Of a DNA stretch of 60,235 nucleotides, positions 15,741-26,514 are shown piece by piece. Origin of the DNA: a virus. The notes beneath the pieces are model-generated. The model worked only from the letters and a program-made list of their open reading frames with translations, searched no databases and was not told the origin of the DNA. The position numbers and the translations under genes are program-made. The stretch is taken from the UHGV virus genome UHGV-1364457. One strand, written 5' to 3'. Every line of letters starts with the position of its first letter. Position 1 is the stretch's first letter.

Positions 15741-18449
15741 ATGGGCTTTACTGTCAAAATCGATCTCAATGAATTCAATCGGAAAATGGAAGAGGCAAAG
15801 AGAACAACTTCTGAGTTTTCCAATACGTTGAAAATTGTTCCTAGAGAAAGCCAAAATGCCGCACAGTCCTTAACCAAGCTAGGAAATACTGCCGTAACAG
15901 CTTTGAAGGGATTCGCTACCGCTTACGTTGTAACGCGAATAAATGAATTGAGAAAAGAGCTTGTCCAAGCGGGATCAGATGCAGAAGAAACTGCAAACAA
16001 ATTCAATGTAGTATTTGCTACTGTCTCCGAAAGGGCAAACCAAGCTGCTGACAATCTCAGGCTCAATTATGGATTGTCCCGTGAAGGAGCACAAGCCGCC
16101 CTTTCTAGCGTAGGTGACTTGCTTTCTGGCCTTGGAGTCGCCTCTGATAAGGCCCTTGAGCTTGCCCAACAAACAGTACAGCTTGGAACAGACTTAGCTA
16201 GCTTTACAAACTATGCAGGAGGAGCAGAGGGGGCAACACAAGCATTAACCAGTGCTCTCCTTGGAGAAACGGAAGCGGCTAAATCTTTGGGCGTTGTCCT
16301 TACGGACGACCAAATGGAAAAATACGCTTCCTCTGTGGGTAAAAGCTGGAAAAATCTCAATCTTGCAGAAAAAGCACAATTACGACTCAACGCCGCAATT
16401 GCTCAATCTCCTAATGCTGTTGGAGATTTTGCAAGAAGTATGAATAGCTATGCAAACCAAGTTCGCATAGCTGACGCTATTAGTAGAGATTTTACTACTA
16501 CAGTTGGTGAAGGTCTTCTTCAAGCTCATACATCCACTCTCATTGCAATTAATGGAAATCGTGGAGCTATTGAACAATTATCTACAGTCATATCTGGATT
16601 TTTAGCGTCAGAATCAGACGATTTAATATCTTTTATGGATGATGTGTCTGATTCTGGGGAAAAATCATCAACAGAAATATCCATACTTGCCTCTTCTTTC
16701 ATTCAGGCATCGGGTGGAGCTAAAGCCCTGTGGAACGGGATTCAAATTGCTGTAGATGGAATAATAGCTTTAGTAGATACTGTTATAGTTGGTAAAGAAC
16801 AAATAAATCTTTTTGGAGAAGCTCTATATAGAGTGATGACATTTGACTTTGAGGGTGCTTCTTCTTCGCTTAATAAAGCAGGTGAAATAGGTAAAAACTG
16901 GTCAAAAAATATAAGAGAATCTTTTTCTATAGACTGGAATGATATGACAAAAGGTCTAGATATGGTTTCTAGGCCAGATGCATTCTTTAAAGAATATACT
17001 AAGCGTGTTGAAAAGTTAAGAAAAGACGCTGCTGAATCCGCAAGAAAAACAGCACGCTCTAGTGGAGGTGGAACTGGAACTAATACTACCTCTACTGACT
17101 CAGAAAAAAGTAAGATTGAATCAGCGAAACGTGCGCTTGAAGGGGTCCGTGCTGAAATAGAAAAAATGCGTGGTTCTGGTAATGATTTTGGGATTGATCT
17201 TGTTAGAAAGCTTGATGATATAGCTAAGAATGCCAAAACAGCCGGACTTTCTATGTCCGAGATGAACGCATTACAAAATGAATACGCTCAAGCTGCAACT
17301 GCACAACATTATCAGAAAATAGCTGATGCAATCCGTGATGTAGATATTCAAATTGCCAATCTTAACGGAGATACGGCTAAAGCACGTATTCTTGAAGTCA
17401 ATAAGCAAGTTGAGGAGTTAACTAGGCGTTTAACGGAACTCGGGGAAGCTCCAGATAGAGTTACGAAAAAGGCTCAAGAGCTTCGCGCAGCCCTTAACCT
17501 GCAATCGCAGATCAAGGACGCGCAAGCCGCCGCCGACTTCTACCGTGAGCTTGCGCAATTGTCGGGAAACTATGGGCGTTCTCAGGAATATGTGGACCAG
17601 CTTCTTTCGCTACAGGCGGACAACCTGATTCGGAACGTGGGCATCACCCGTGAGCTTGCGGACGAATGGTTGCGGCTCCAGAAAATACAGAACAGCCGGG
17701 AAGCATGGGCCGGGGCGTACCGGGCAACGCAGGAATATTTCTCAGAGGCTACCAACCTCGCGCAAGGTTTTGAGAACCTGACCAGCAACGCCTTTTCGAG
17801 CATGGAAGACGGAATAGTCAGATTTACCATGACCGCAAAGCTATCGGTTAAGGACATGGTGAACTCTATAGCTTCCGATCTGATGCGAATTACGGTGAGA
17901 TCGAGCCTCACGGGGCCTCTGGCTGGTGCGTTGGGTGGCCTGTTCAACTTTGGAGGGGGCACTACCACAACGTCGGTTATGGGCAATTCCATATCCAGCG
18001 GTTGGGCAAGTTCTTTCATGGGCGGCTTAAACTTCTTCGCTACAGGTGGCGTTGCTTCCCCCTCGTGGGGCCTCCCAAGCTCCGGTGGGCTCCTGACTCG
18101 CCCCACGTATTTCCATGACGGCATGAACCGGGCCTATGCGCACGGCGGGCTTTCCGTAGCAGGTGAAGCCGGTCCGGAAGTCTTCATGCCTGCCGTTCCC
18201 ATGTCTGACGGGAAATATGGGGTGCGGGTGCAGGGAATGGGTTCATCCAGCCCTGTCGTAAACGTCACCGTCATCAACAACGCCGGGGCGCAGGTCGAGA
18301 CGAACCAACGGCAAAATGAAGACGGAAGCCTTGATGTTGAGATCATGATTGACCAAATGGTCACCCGTAGCATGGTCAAACGCAGTGGGGGGGCAAGCAA
18401 CGTGCTCCGCAAGGGCTACGGCATCGGAATGATTCCTATTTCAAGATAA
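15741..18449 (+). CDS. Tail tape measure protein
   Basis: About 900 aa, alpha-helical, A/Q/E-rich coiled coils. Position upstream of the distal tail genes. Start chosen at MGFTVKIDL with a GAGGGT RBS. Confidence 0.75.
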   Translation: MGFTVKIDLNEFNRKMEEAKRTTSEFSNTLKIVPRESQNAAQSLTKLGNTAVTALKGFATAYVVTRINELRKELVQAGSDAEETANKFNVVFATVSERANQAADNLRLNYGLSREGAQAALSSVGDLLSGLGVASDKALELAQQTVQLGTDLASFTNYAGGAEGATQALTSALLGETEAAKSLGVVLTDDQMEKYASSVGKSWKNLNLAEKAQLRLNAAIAQSPNAVGDFARSMNSYANQVRIADAISRDFTTTVGEGLLQAHTSTLIAINGNRGAIEQLSTVISGFLASESDDLISFMDDVSDSGEKSSTEISILASSFIQASGGAKALWNGIQIAVDGIIALVDTVIVGKEQINLFGEALYRVMTFDFEGASSSLNKAGEIGKNWSKNIRESFSIDWNDMTKGLDMVSRPDAFFKEYTKRVEKLRKDAAESARKTARSSGGGTGTNTTSTDSEKSKIESAKRALEGVRAEIEKMRGSGNDFGIDLVRKLDDIAKNAKTAGLSMSEMNALQNEYAQAATAQHYQKIADAIRDVDIQIANLNGDTAKARILEVNKQVEELTRRLTELGEAPDRVTKKAQELRAALNLQSQIKDAQAAADFYRELAQLSGNYGRSQEYVDQLLSLQADNLIRNVGITRELADEWLRLQKIQNSREAWAGAYRATQEYFSEATNLAQGFENLTSNAFSSMEDGIVRFTMTAKLSVKDMVNSIASDLMRITVRSSLTGPLAGALGGLFNFGGGTTTTSVMGNSISSGWASSFMGGLNFFATGGVASPSWGLPSSGGLLTRPTYFHDGMNRAYAHGGLSVAGEAGPEVFMPAVPMSDGKYGVRVQGMGSSSPVVNVTVINNAGAQVETNQRQNEDGSLDVEIMIDQMVTRSMVKRSGGASNVLRKGYGIGMIPISR

Positions 18450-18466
18450 AAAGCAAAGGGGATTGT

Positions 18467-19213
18467 ATGTCTGATTTTTCATACCAGCCGTCTAGCGGCC
18501 CGTTGTCCGGCATAGACTTTGAGAGGCAAACCACACAGTTCTTTCAGCAAGTATCGGCTGCGGCTGATGCAGCGTCGACGGCGGCAAGTGCGGCACAAAC
18601 CACGGCAAACGAGGCACTTGAGCGTGCCGCAGCCTCAAACCTTGTCGACGGGAAGACCACGCAGGCCGACACGGGCGGCGTGATCACCGTGAAAGATGTG
18701 GCGATTGGTGGGGATCTCGGGGATCTTGCGAGTGCGCGGGGGCAGATCGGGAACGCCGTAATTGTTGGAACCGTAGATTTTAATACACTTGTCAAGCAAG
18801 GCGTATACAGCCCTGAAGCGAATAGTACAAATGGCCCCAATTGGAGCGGCCAACAAGTTATCGTCGTTTATCAAAGAAATGTAGCAAATCAGGGAAGACG
18901 AGTTGTTCAGTATGCTTTTAACGCGACGACGAATGCGGCGGCTATACGAATCGGGCTTTTCACGACAGGTACCGAAGAAACGCCCGCGTCGTGGTCAAAT
19001 TGGACAAAAATAATCTCCGAAAATTCAATTGGCGACGGCATTCGCGACACAAACGGCATCATCTCCGTGCCTGAGTACGAGGGCGCGACGGCATCAGCTG
19101 CCGGGACAAGCGGCCTTGTGCCGCCCGCAGCCGCCGGGCAAGCCACCTACGTGCTCTGTGGCGATGGAGAATGGCGGGACATAGCGACGCTTATCGCCGC
19201 TGCGCAGGCTTAA
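18467..19213 (+). CDS. Tail protein with Ala-rich coiled-coil repeats (AAQTTA-type)
   Basis: AAGGGGA RBS. SAAADAASTAASAAQTTANEALERAAAS resembles repeats in the 24833..25792 fibre protein. Confidence 0.45.
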   Translation: MSDFSYQPSSGPLSGIDFERQTTQFFQQVSAAADAASTAASAAQTTANEALERAAASNLVDGKTTQADTGGVITVKDVAIGGDLGDLASARGQIGNAVIVGTVDFNTLVKQGVYSPEANSTNGPNWSGQQVIVVYQRNVANQGRRVVQYAFNATTNAAAIRIGLFTTGTEETPASWSNWTKIISENSIGDGIRDTNGIISVPEYEGATASAAGTSGLVPPAAAGQATYVLCGDGEWRDIATLIAAAQA

Positions 19214-19246
19214 CTCTGTTCCAGCCGAAGAGTAAAGGGTAACTTC

Positions 19247-19672
19247 ATGAATTTTCGGGCTGTTTTTAATACAAGAGCGTTGTCAAATCTCCGTGAAGAA
19301 GCCGTTATGTCACCGATCATATGGCCTCCTACTCTTCCGCAGCGCCCTCAATCTGACCCGTGGGCAAAAAATCAGCCTGCTTCCCGCTGGACGTTTGAAG
19401 CTGACGAAGGCCCGGCTATGACCCGGCCCAAGGGCACCGTGGGCGAAAAGATGAGCATGACTTTTGTGATGACGCTCGACCAGTGGGCGCAGTTCCGGCA
19501 ATTCTGGAAAGTCGGCTTAAACGGAGGCGTTATTCCCTTCAACTACTTTGATCCGGATCTCAATGAGTTTTTTGATGTGCGTTTTGATCCGTCAGCGAGC
19601 GAAGACTTTTCAGTGAAAGAGCGCGGCCCGCTTCACCGTGAAGTGAGCATGACATGGGAGGTTCTGCCGTGA
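19247..19672 (+). CDS. Putative distal tail / minor tail protein
   Basis: Occupies the position of the GTA-type g12-like genes. Confidence 0.4.
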   Translation: MNFRAVFNTRALSNLREEAVMSPIIWPPTLPQRPQSDPWAKNQPASRWTFEADEGPAMTRPKGTVGEKMSMTFVMTLDQWAQFRQFWKVGLNGGVIPFNYFDPDLNEFFDVRFDPSASEDFSVKERGPLHREVSMTWEVLP

Positions 19673-20190
19673 GCCAGATCCCTCTCGATTGCTCCATGTA
19701 TTTCGACCGTGATTGTGACGATTACCCCGTCTTTTTGCTGGAACTGACGCATCCTGACTATGAAGGGCTTTTGCGGCTGTGTTCTTCAAATGTCCAGCGC
19801 ATCGGGGAATGGGAGGATGGCGCACCCCAATATGGGGTGATGTCCACTCTCGGGGGGACGGAACTCAACCCATACATTTTCGTTCCGATGGCGCTCACGC
19901 CACCGTCACAGGAAGAAGACGGCGCGCCTACGGCATCCCTTACCGTTTTCAGGACGAATGAGCTTGTAGTCCTTCTCCGTACGTTCCGGACACGTATCTT
20001 TGTACGTATGTACCAAGTGAGCGCAAAGGAACCGAACCTTGTACGCGCCGATTATCCCGGATTTTCGCTTTCACACGTCGAAATAGGCGGGGCAACGGTG
20101 GACGGGACGATGGGCATAGACATGCAGGAGACGGAACCCTTTCCAGGCCCTTCCTACAGCAAAAAATATTTTCCGGGGGTGCATTCATGA
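19669..20190 (+). CDS. Putative minor tail protein
   Basis: GTG 19669 lies 6 nt after GGGAGG and overlaps the upstream stop. 19654 ATG is an alternative start. Confidence 0.4.
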   Translation: MSQIPLDCSMYFDRDCDDYPVFLLELTHPDYEGLLRLCSSNVQRIGEWEDGAPQYGVMSTLGGTELNPYIFVPMALTPPSQEEDGAPTASLTVFRTNELVVLLRTFRTRIFVRMYQVSAKEPNLVRADYPGFSLSHVEIGGATVDGTMGIDMQETEPFPGPSYSKKYFPGVHS

Positions 20191-20606
20191 GCCGTCCCGA
20201 CAACTGGCTTGATAGATACATCGGCCTGCCGTGGAAAATCGGGGGGCGGGAACTGCACGGCGGCATTGATTGTTGGGGCCTCGTGCGGCTCGTCATGCGC
20301 GACGAAGCCGGGATTGACATGCCGTCATGGGTTGATGACCCCGACGCTCACGGAGAGACATGCCGTTCCCGGTCGCGGGCATTCGATAGGCATCTTGATC
20401 ACTTTTTCCGTGTGCCTGCGGGTGAAGAGCAGCTTTTTGACATCGTGACCTTCTTTATCGGCCCCGCGCTGTGGCATGTCGGCGTTCTGGTGCAGCTTCC
20501 CCACACCATGCTGCACATCGAAGGCCCGGAGGGAAGCCAGTGCGAAGACTGGACGTCCCGGGCCGATCTGAAAAAGCAGTTTGGAGGCTTTTGGCGTGTC
20601 CGATGA
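20187..20606 (+). CDS. NlpC/P60-family tail-associated cell-wall peptidase
   Basis: YIGLPWKIGGRELHGGIDCWGLVRLV, catalytic Cys in the DCWGLV context. Later His residues present. Confidence 0.7.
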   Translation: MSRPDNWLDRYIGLPWKIGGRELHGGIDCWGLVRLVMRDEAGIDMPSWVDDPDAHGETCRSRSRAFDRHLDHFFRVPAGEEQLFDIVTFFIGPALWHVGVLVQLPHTMLHIEGPEGSQCEDWTSRADLKKQFGGFWRVR

Positions 20607-23600
20607 CCGCATCACGACCTCGACGCTCCCGGCGATTCCGGGGCGCGTTCATGCCTCAGCGATACCGAACGCGCTGGCTCCACATAAGCGTTGGACGGGG
20701 ACTGTCCCTGATCTCGTGACACTTTCTCATGTCGCGGCTACCATTTGCGACATGGCCCATGTCCCGCACTGTCTCCGTGGACAATGCAAAATGTGGCTGA
20801 ACGGCGTTTCCATCCCGGTGTGGGCGCATGATAAAATCCGTGTCCAGCATGGTGATCGTATTGAACTTATCGTTTGCCCGCGGGGAAGCGGTTTCAACAG
20901 TTTTTTGAAGTTGGTCGGCGCTGTCGTGGGCATCGCCATCGCTGCATGGGCACCTTTTGCGGGATTTGCTGGCGCGGCTTTCGTCAATGGCCTTTTTGCG
21001 GCTGGCGCCACCCTTGGCATCTCGCTTCTTGCCGACGCCATCGCCCCGATCCGTCCGCCGAAGTACGATACCAAAGAATCCTTGTCCGCCAGCCCGACAT
21101 ACAGCCTCAACGCTTCGTCGAACGCTATGGGCTTTGCGCAGCCGATACGCCGCCTGTACGGACGTCATTTGGTGCCTCCGACGCGCATCATGGACGACTA
21201 CACGGAAATTTCCGGAAGCGACGAGTATCTTTATTTCCTCGGCGTCATCGGCATCGGCGCATATCAGCTTGAAGATCCGCAGATAGGCGATACGGATCTT
21301 GATCTCTACAAGGATGTCTTTGTCCAGTATTGCTACGGGCATCAGGGGGAAGCCATTCCGAATATTTTCCCCTCTGTCGTCTATCAGGAAAGCCTTTCGA
21401 TTCAGCTTTTGAGCACGGATAGCCTTGGAAATCAGCTTGATTCCGGGAATTGGTGGGTGACGCGATCAACCCGCGCCGGGGTTGATGAAATCGGCATGGA
21501 TATTCAGGCACCGCAGGGACTCTATGAGCTTGACGATAAAGCAAACAGAAAAGCCATTTCGCGCTCTGTACAGATCAGATACAGGACAAAAGGGGGCGTC
21601 GGCGTACCTGTTGGTGAATGGCATGGACTGACGAGCCAAGTCACTGCCCAGTCCGTATCTTTCCCCTCGGCTATCTGGCCTGCGTACACTGAGACGGTAG
21701 GGGATCGTGACGCTTATCCATATATCGCGTATCATCCGGCGAGACCGTATTCCGCGCCTTCGCTCATCTATATCGATCAATCCGGTGTTATTGGCGTTGC
21801 GAACTGGAAAACCAAAAAGGATTGGTTTTTTGGTACAGTATCTGTTCCAAAAAGAGAGTTTGATAATCCAACACTTCCTTCTTCTTTTGTGACGCTCATT
21901 GCCCGCGTGACGATAACCGGAGATTCCATATCCTCTTTTACTCCTGAACCTATACTGAATGGAACAGGCATCACAATAACGAAGTCCGGCCCACTTACCC
22001 TTTCGTTTTCAGCGGGAACGTTCAGCACAGCATATACCTTTGTGACTTTGACCGGGCATAGCGCAGAACCGGACAAGTCTGTTAGAAAAGGCATCAAATG
22101 GCGTGTTCCCTATTCAGCCACCGGGTACGACATACAAATCAGGAGGCATGAACAGGAATCGACGAGTTCCCGTGTTGTTGATGCGCTGTATTGGAGCGCG
22201 ATACGTGCTGCGGATACGACGCAAAAGCCATATGCCGGAGATATTCCCATTGCAATGATGGGAATGAAGATCCGCGCAAGCAACCAGCTTTCTGGGTCGC
22301 TTCCGCTCGTCACTTTGATCGCTACTTCGGAACTCGCGGACTGGAATCGGGAAGCAAAAAATTGGAATACCGTGCACCCGACTAGAAACCCGGCCTCCGC
22401 TTTTCTTGATGTGCTCCGGGGGACTGCAAACCTGCGCCCAAGAAAAGACGAGGAGATCGATTTTGACAGCATCCAGCGTTGGCATGAGTGGTGCGACGAC
22501 AACGGCTACCTTTTCGATGGTGTCTATGACACGCAAAGCAAGGTCTGGGATGCGCTTTCGGATATTGCCGCCGCTGGTCGTGGTTCCCCATGTCTTATAG
22601 ACGGAAAATTTGGGGTCGTATGGCAGCATGAGCAGCCGGGGCAGCCTGTCGGACATATCACCGTCAGGAACAGCCGGGATTTCAAAAGCAGCCGGGAATA
22701 CAAAGAACTCATACACGGCGTGAAAATCAAGTTCGTCTCCGAAGAGCTGCGCTACGAGCAAGACGAGCTGACGGTATACGCGCCGGGCTATGACGAGCAT
22801 ACCGCGACGCTTTTTGAGAGTCTGGAACTCTTTGGAACGACGACGCCAGACCTCGCCGCGATGCGCGGGCGCTGGTATCTTATGCAGTCGCTCCTGTTGA
22901 TTGAGCAGTATAGCGTAACAATGCCGCTTGAATTCCTGCGCATCAAAAAAGGCGATAAAATACGCGTGCTGCGCCCGGAAGTGCTTTATGGCATCGGTTC
23001 CGCCGCGCTTGCCGCATGGACGCTTGATGATGCCGGGAATGTCACGGCTATTCGCTGGGATGCGGAACTTCAGATGACGCCGGGCCAGCGGTATGCCGCG
23101 ATAGTGCGCCTTGGCGACGGCAGCGAGTGGACTGTCACGGGTACCAGTGATGACGGTCGCACGATGCGCATAGACGATCCCCTCCCCGCCCCCGTGCCCG
23201 CTCCCCGAAAAGCCGACTTGGTTATGGTGGGCACCGTCAACGATGTGGGAAGGATGTGCCTTGTCACCAGCATTAAGCCGGGAAACAACCTTACCGCAAC
23301 CGTCGGGCTGTGTGACTACGTTGAGGAACTGTATAAGAAAGATGGTCAAATTCCTGATTATACGCCCTCGATCACGCTTCCCGGTACAGGGCCTTTGCGT
23401 AAAGCCCAAACACCAATTATCACGTCAATCCGCTCAGATGAGTCTGTGCTTACATATTCTTCGGGGCGAGGAAGTCAGCCTCGTATATACTTGGAGTGGC
23501 AATTCACTGACGATTCAACCACGGTTCAGGTACGCTATCGACAGACTGGAACCGATGTATGGTCATATGTCTCGGCACTCCAGAACAGAGCTACAGAGTG

Positions 23601-24822
23601 TTATATCTCGGGAGTAAAGGAGGGATGGGACATTGTTGAGGGTGCCAAGATACAGAACGGCATCACTTACGATGTGCAAGTACGGGCTGTAAATACAATT
23701 GGTTGGGCAAGTGACTGGGCGTCTATTTCCGGACATGCCGTCGTGGGGCGTACAACACCTCCTTCTCCTCCCGATCTGGTCGCACTGGATGGTTATGTAC
23801 TGACAATCCTAATGAACGACAAGCCTCTTGATGTCGTCGGTTTTGAAGTCTTTATCGCGATGGACGACACCGATACTTTCAGCATGTCTCTCAAAGTCAC
23901 AAGTCCGTATACCGCTGACGGAAAGTTCGATCTCAAACCTTGGGCAGGACATGCAAGGCGTTACTATGTGAGAGCTATCGATGAAGTTGGGCTTACTTCT
24001 GATTTGGTATCCGGGCTTATCGATTTTGGGGATGTGAAGCCAAACAATATTCTCATCGAGTATTCGCAAAAAGACCAAAATTGGCCCGGAACTCTCGTCA
24101 ATGGAACCATTGGTGAAAAAGACAGACTTTATGCTTCAGATGAAACGTTTGTCTTTGCTTCTATCTCTGAAGATTTCGTTTTCGCGGATACGGCAAAATC
24201 TTTGGTCTTTCCTGCATCTTCTGGGGCTCCTCTCGTTTATACGTTCCCGTTATCTATCCCAAAAGATATGGTTGGCGCACGTGTTCTTATCGTTCCTGAT
24301 ATTGTGCAAGGGGCTGTACAATCGATAGAATGGAGAAAATATACGATACCATATCTCTTCTCTTCTGGAGATGCATACATCTTCCCCGCCCAAGATATGG
24401 ATTTTGTTTTTCCGACGTTTGTTCCTGCTGAATGGGAAGCCACACCTACCAATTACATCACTCCGGGGAATGAGGTCTTAGACGTACGCGTAACGTTCGC
24501 TCCGGGGGAATCATCAGCGATTATTGATGACATACGCGTTGTACTTGATGTCCCCGATGTTGTGTTCCCGGTCAACAACATTCGTGTGCCCGCTTCCGGA
24601 ATACGCCTTCCGATTCCCCAAAAAACCTTCAGGACCATTCTTGGGGTGACTTTCGGTGTTGAAGCAGTATCAGGCTTGACCGCTGAAAAACCAGTAACAC
24701 TCGACAAGAACGGTGCTCGTGACGAATCCGGATACTTGCTTGAAGGTCCTCTCGTTGTCGGTATCGATGCATCCGGAAACTACGCAGAAATACAAATAGA
24801 TGCAGTAATCAGTGGATACTAA
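20581..24822 (+). CDS. Host specificity / central tail fibre protein (gpJ / GTA g15-like), 1413 aa
   Basis: Giant ORF right after the NlpC/P60 gene. C-terminal FN3-like segment. Start TTG 20581 or GTG 20596. Confidence 0.7.
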   Translation: MEAFGVSDDRITTSTLPAIPGRVHASAIPNALAPHKRWTGTVPDLVTLSHVAATICDMAHVPHCLRGQCKMWLNGVSIPVWAHDKIRVQHGDRIELIVCPRGSGFNSFLKLVGAVVGIAIAAWAPFAGFAGAAFVNGLFAAGATLGISLLADAIAPIRPPKYDTKESLSASPTYSLNASSNAMGFAQPIRRLYGRHLVPPTRIMDDYTEISGSDEYLYFLGVIGIGAYQLEDPQIGDTDLDLYKDVFVQYCYGHQGEAIPNIFPSVVYQESLSIQLLSTDSLGNQLDSGNWWVTRSTRAGVDEIGMDIQAPQGLYELDDKANRKAISRSVQIRYRTKGGVGVPVGEWHGLTSQVTAQSVSFPSAIWPAYTETVGDRDAYPYIAYHPARPYSAPSLIYIDQSGVIGVANWKTKKDWFFGTVSVPKREFDNPTLPSSFVTLIARVTITGDSISSFTPEPILNGTGITITKSGPLTLSFSAGTFSTAYTFVTLTGHSAEPDKSVRKGIKWRVPYSATGYDIQIRRHEQESTSSRVVDALYWSAIRAADTTQKPYAGDIPIAMMGMKIRASNQLSGSLPLVTLIATSELADWNREAKNWNTVHPTRNPASAFLDVLRGTANLRPRKDEEIDFDSIQRWHEWCDDNGYLFDGVYDTQSKVWDALSDIAAAGRGSPCLIDGKFGVVWQHEQPGQPVGHITVRNSRDFKSSREYKELIHGVKIKFVSEELRYEQDELTVYAPGYDEHTATLFESLELFGTTTPDLAAMRGRWYLMQSLLLIEQYSVTMPLEFLRIKKGDKIRVLRPEVLYGIGSAALAAWTLDDAGNVTAIRWDAELQMTPGQRYAAIVRLGDGSEWTVTGTSDDGRTMRIDDPLPAPVPAPRKADLVMVGTVNDVGRMCLVTSIKPGNNLTATVGLCDYVEELYKKDGQIPDYTPSITLPGTGPLRKAQTPIITSIRSDESVLTYSSGRGSQPRIYLEWQFTDDSTTVQVRYRQTGTDVWSYVSALQNRATECYISGVKEGWDIVEGAKIQNGITYDVQVRAVNTIGWASDWASISGHAVVGRTTPPSPPDLVALDGYVLTILMNDKPLDVVGFEVFIAMDDTDTFSMSLKVTSPYTADGKFDLKPWAGHARRYYVRAIDEVGLTSDLVSGLIDFGDVKPNNILIEYSQKDQNWPGTLVNGTIGEKDRLYASDETFVFASISEDFVFADTAKSLVFPASSGAPLVYTFPLSIPKDMVGARVLIVPDIVQGAVQSIEWRKYTIPYLFSSGDAYIFPAQDMDFVFPTFVPAEWEATPTNYITPGNEVLDVRVTFAPGESSAIIDDIRVVLDVPDVVFPVNNIRVPASGIRLPIPQKTFRTILGVTFGVEAVSGLTAEKPVTLDKNGARDESGYLLEGPLVVGIDASGNYAEIQIDAVISGY

Positions 24823-24832
24823 AGGAGATATT

Positions 24833-25792
24833 ATGGCAAAACAAAGATCGATGTACGGAAAAGACGATCTCTATGTCACGGATAGATCTAATCCTAACGC
24901 GACACGAGTGAACGATGTTCAAAAGTGGCGGACTAATCAAGACGACATCAGGCATCTTCCCGGTGCTCTGCCAATGCAAAAACTTGCAATCCAAGATGGA
25001 GCGATTAGCCCGTCAGCAGCCTTCATTGTTGTTGATACCGAAGGGGGGGCTCCCGCTGACGATCTTACGGCCATTAATCCTGGGGATCTTCATGATGGAA
25101 TGGAACTTGAGTTGATTAGCGCAGATTCATCGCGTGTAGTAACCATAAAAAACAGCACCGCTTTTTCAGGAATCCGGACGATACGCGGCGAAGATATTGT
25201 TCTTGGGATGTCTTACGTTTTTAGATTAAAGCTCGTCAGCACTGAAAGTATCACGTACTGGCAAGAACTTCCTACAGCTGTAAAAATTTCCGATAGTGTG
25301 AGCTTTGAAGATTCCAACACTGCGGCATCTTCAAAGGCGGTGAAGACGGCCTATGATCGTGGAACTTCTGGGCTTGAAGCTGCTGCATCTGCTCAAACTA
25401 CTGCTGATACTGCTTTGGAAGCTGCTGCATCTGCTCAAACTACTGCTGATAGTAAAGTAAGTAATATCGGCGGTCATATAATATCGCTGTATTGGAATGA
25501 AGAGCTATCGTCACCGATCTGGAGAACTGATGAAACAGATTTTGAACTTGCGGTAAAAGTGAAAAGTGCAACATATCTAAGCATAGGTAGTTCACAAACT
25601 GCATATGCACCGTCTGGAGGAGAATGGTTCTGTATTATATTTAGAATAAAAAAAGATATAGTATCTGGAGAAGATTTTTCAAGCTTTATAGTAGGAAATT
25701 CAACATGCGGGTTTTACTCAGGCGGACAGCACATACTTAGTACAGGTTCCGGAGATATGGCTGTTATCTTTTGCTTACAAACAAAGAGATGA
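24833..25792 (+). CDS. Tail fibre protein with low-GC C-terminal domain
   Basis: AGGAG RBS. AASAQTTADTALEAAASAQTTAD repeats. GC drops from about 25480 onward. Confidence 0.55.
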   Translation: MAKQRSMYGKDDLYVTDRSNPNATRVNDVQKWRTNQDDIRHLPGALPMQKLAIQDGAISPSAAFIVVDTEGGAPADDLTAINPGDLHDGMELELISADSSRVVTIKNSTAFSGIRTIRGEDIVLGMSYVFRLKLVSTESITYWQELPTAVKISDSVSFEDSNTAASSKAVKTAYDRGTSGLEAAASAQTTADTALEAAASAQTTADSKVSNIGGHIISLYWNEELSSPIWRTDETDFELAVKVKSATYLSIGSSQTAYAPSGGEWFCIIFRIKKDIVSGEDFSSFIVGNSTCGFYSGGQHILSTGSGDMAVIFCLQTKR

Positions 25793-25797
25793 TAAAA

Positions 25798-26229
25798 ATG
25801 AACAATATGATAAATTATGGTATCATCATAAAGCGTATCAAAGACAAATCGTATGTACTTTACAACGGTACGTATCACATACCTCATCCGTCTGACCCTT
25901 CTCTCAAAGAAAATGAGAAGGACTATTGGCGGGAAAAATGGGAGGATGTGAACTCCTACGCCGAGGCACATCCGGAGAAAGTAACCGAGGAGCAGCCATA
26001 CGTCCCGCCCGTACCGACAACCGAAGAACTCGCTGCTAGCGTACGCGTAAAACGCGATAGACGTATCGCTGAAACTGATTACCTTGTCATACCGGACTAT
26101 CCGATTTCACAAGACAAGCTTGAAGAGATCAAGGTCTATCGGCAAGCGCTCCGCGATTTGCCGCAACAGCCGGGATTTCCGTGGAATGGACCGGATGACC
26201 CGGCCTGTCCGTGGCCCGTGGAACCATAG
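25798..26229 (+). CDS. Tail fibre assembly chaperone (Tfa-like)
   Basis: C-terminus RDRRIAETDYLVIPDYPISQDKLEEIKVYRQALRDLPQQPGFP is Tfa-like. Low-GC N-terminus. Start ambiguous (25771-25807). Confidence 0.5.
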   Translation: MNNMINYGIIIKRIKDKSYVLYNGTYHIPHPSDPSLKENEKDYWREKWEDVNSYAEAHPEKVTEEQPYVPPVPTTEELAASVRVKRDRRIAETDYLVIPDYPISQDKLEEIKVYRQALRDLPQQPGFPWNGPDDPACPWPVEP

Positions 26230-26283
26230 CCATTGCAAAAATCGTAGGCATGGCTAGACTCTTTAGAAAAAAGGGGGAAGGCC

Positions 26284-26514
26284 ATGCCACTACCAATGCC
26301 CGAGGAAGAGGAAAACTTGCGGTGCCCACACGGTGAGCGCGTCCAAGCCCTGATGTTATGTTCTCTGGACTGTGCCGTGTCGGGTGCTCATCCCGACAGG
26401 AAAGCGAAAGCAGATGGTCGATTCATCATCACGCCGTGGTGGTGCCTGCATAAGTGCAGATGGCTGCCTGAGCACCGAGATGAGATTCGATTCGTGGCGA
26501 AAAAGCCGGATTGA
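26284..26514 (+). CDS. Hypothetical small Cys-containing protein
   Basis: 76 aa. Followed by two hairpin terminators. Confidence 0.35.
   Translation: MPLPMPEEEENLRCPHGERVQALMLCSLDCAVSGAHPDRKAKADGRFIITPWWCLHKCRWLPEHRDEIRFVAKKPD

Noticed and set aside
22114-23409. 431-aa minus-strand ORF inside the 1413-aa host-specificity gene
   Set aside because: Fully nested antisense in a continuous 4.2 kb plus-strand gene. Low-complexity Arg/Gly-rich product.
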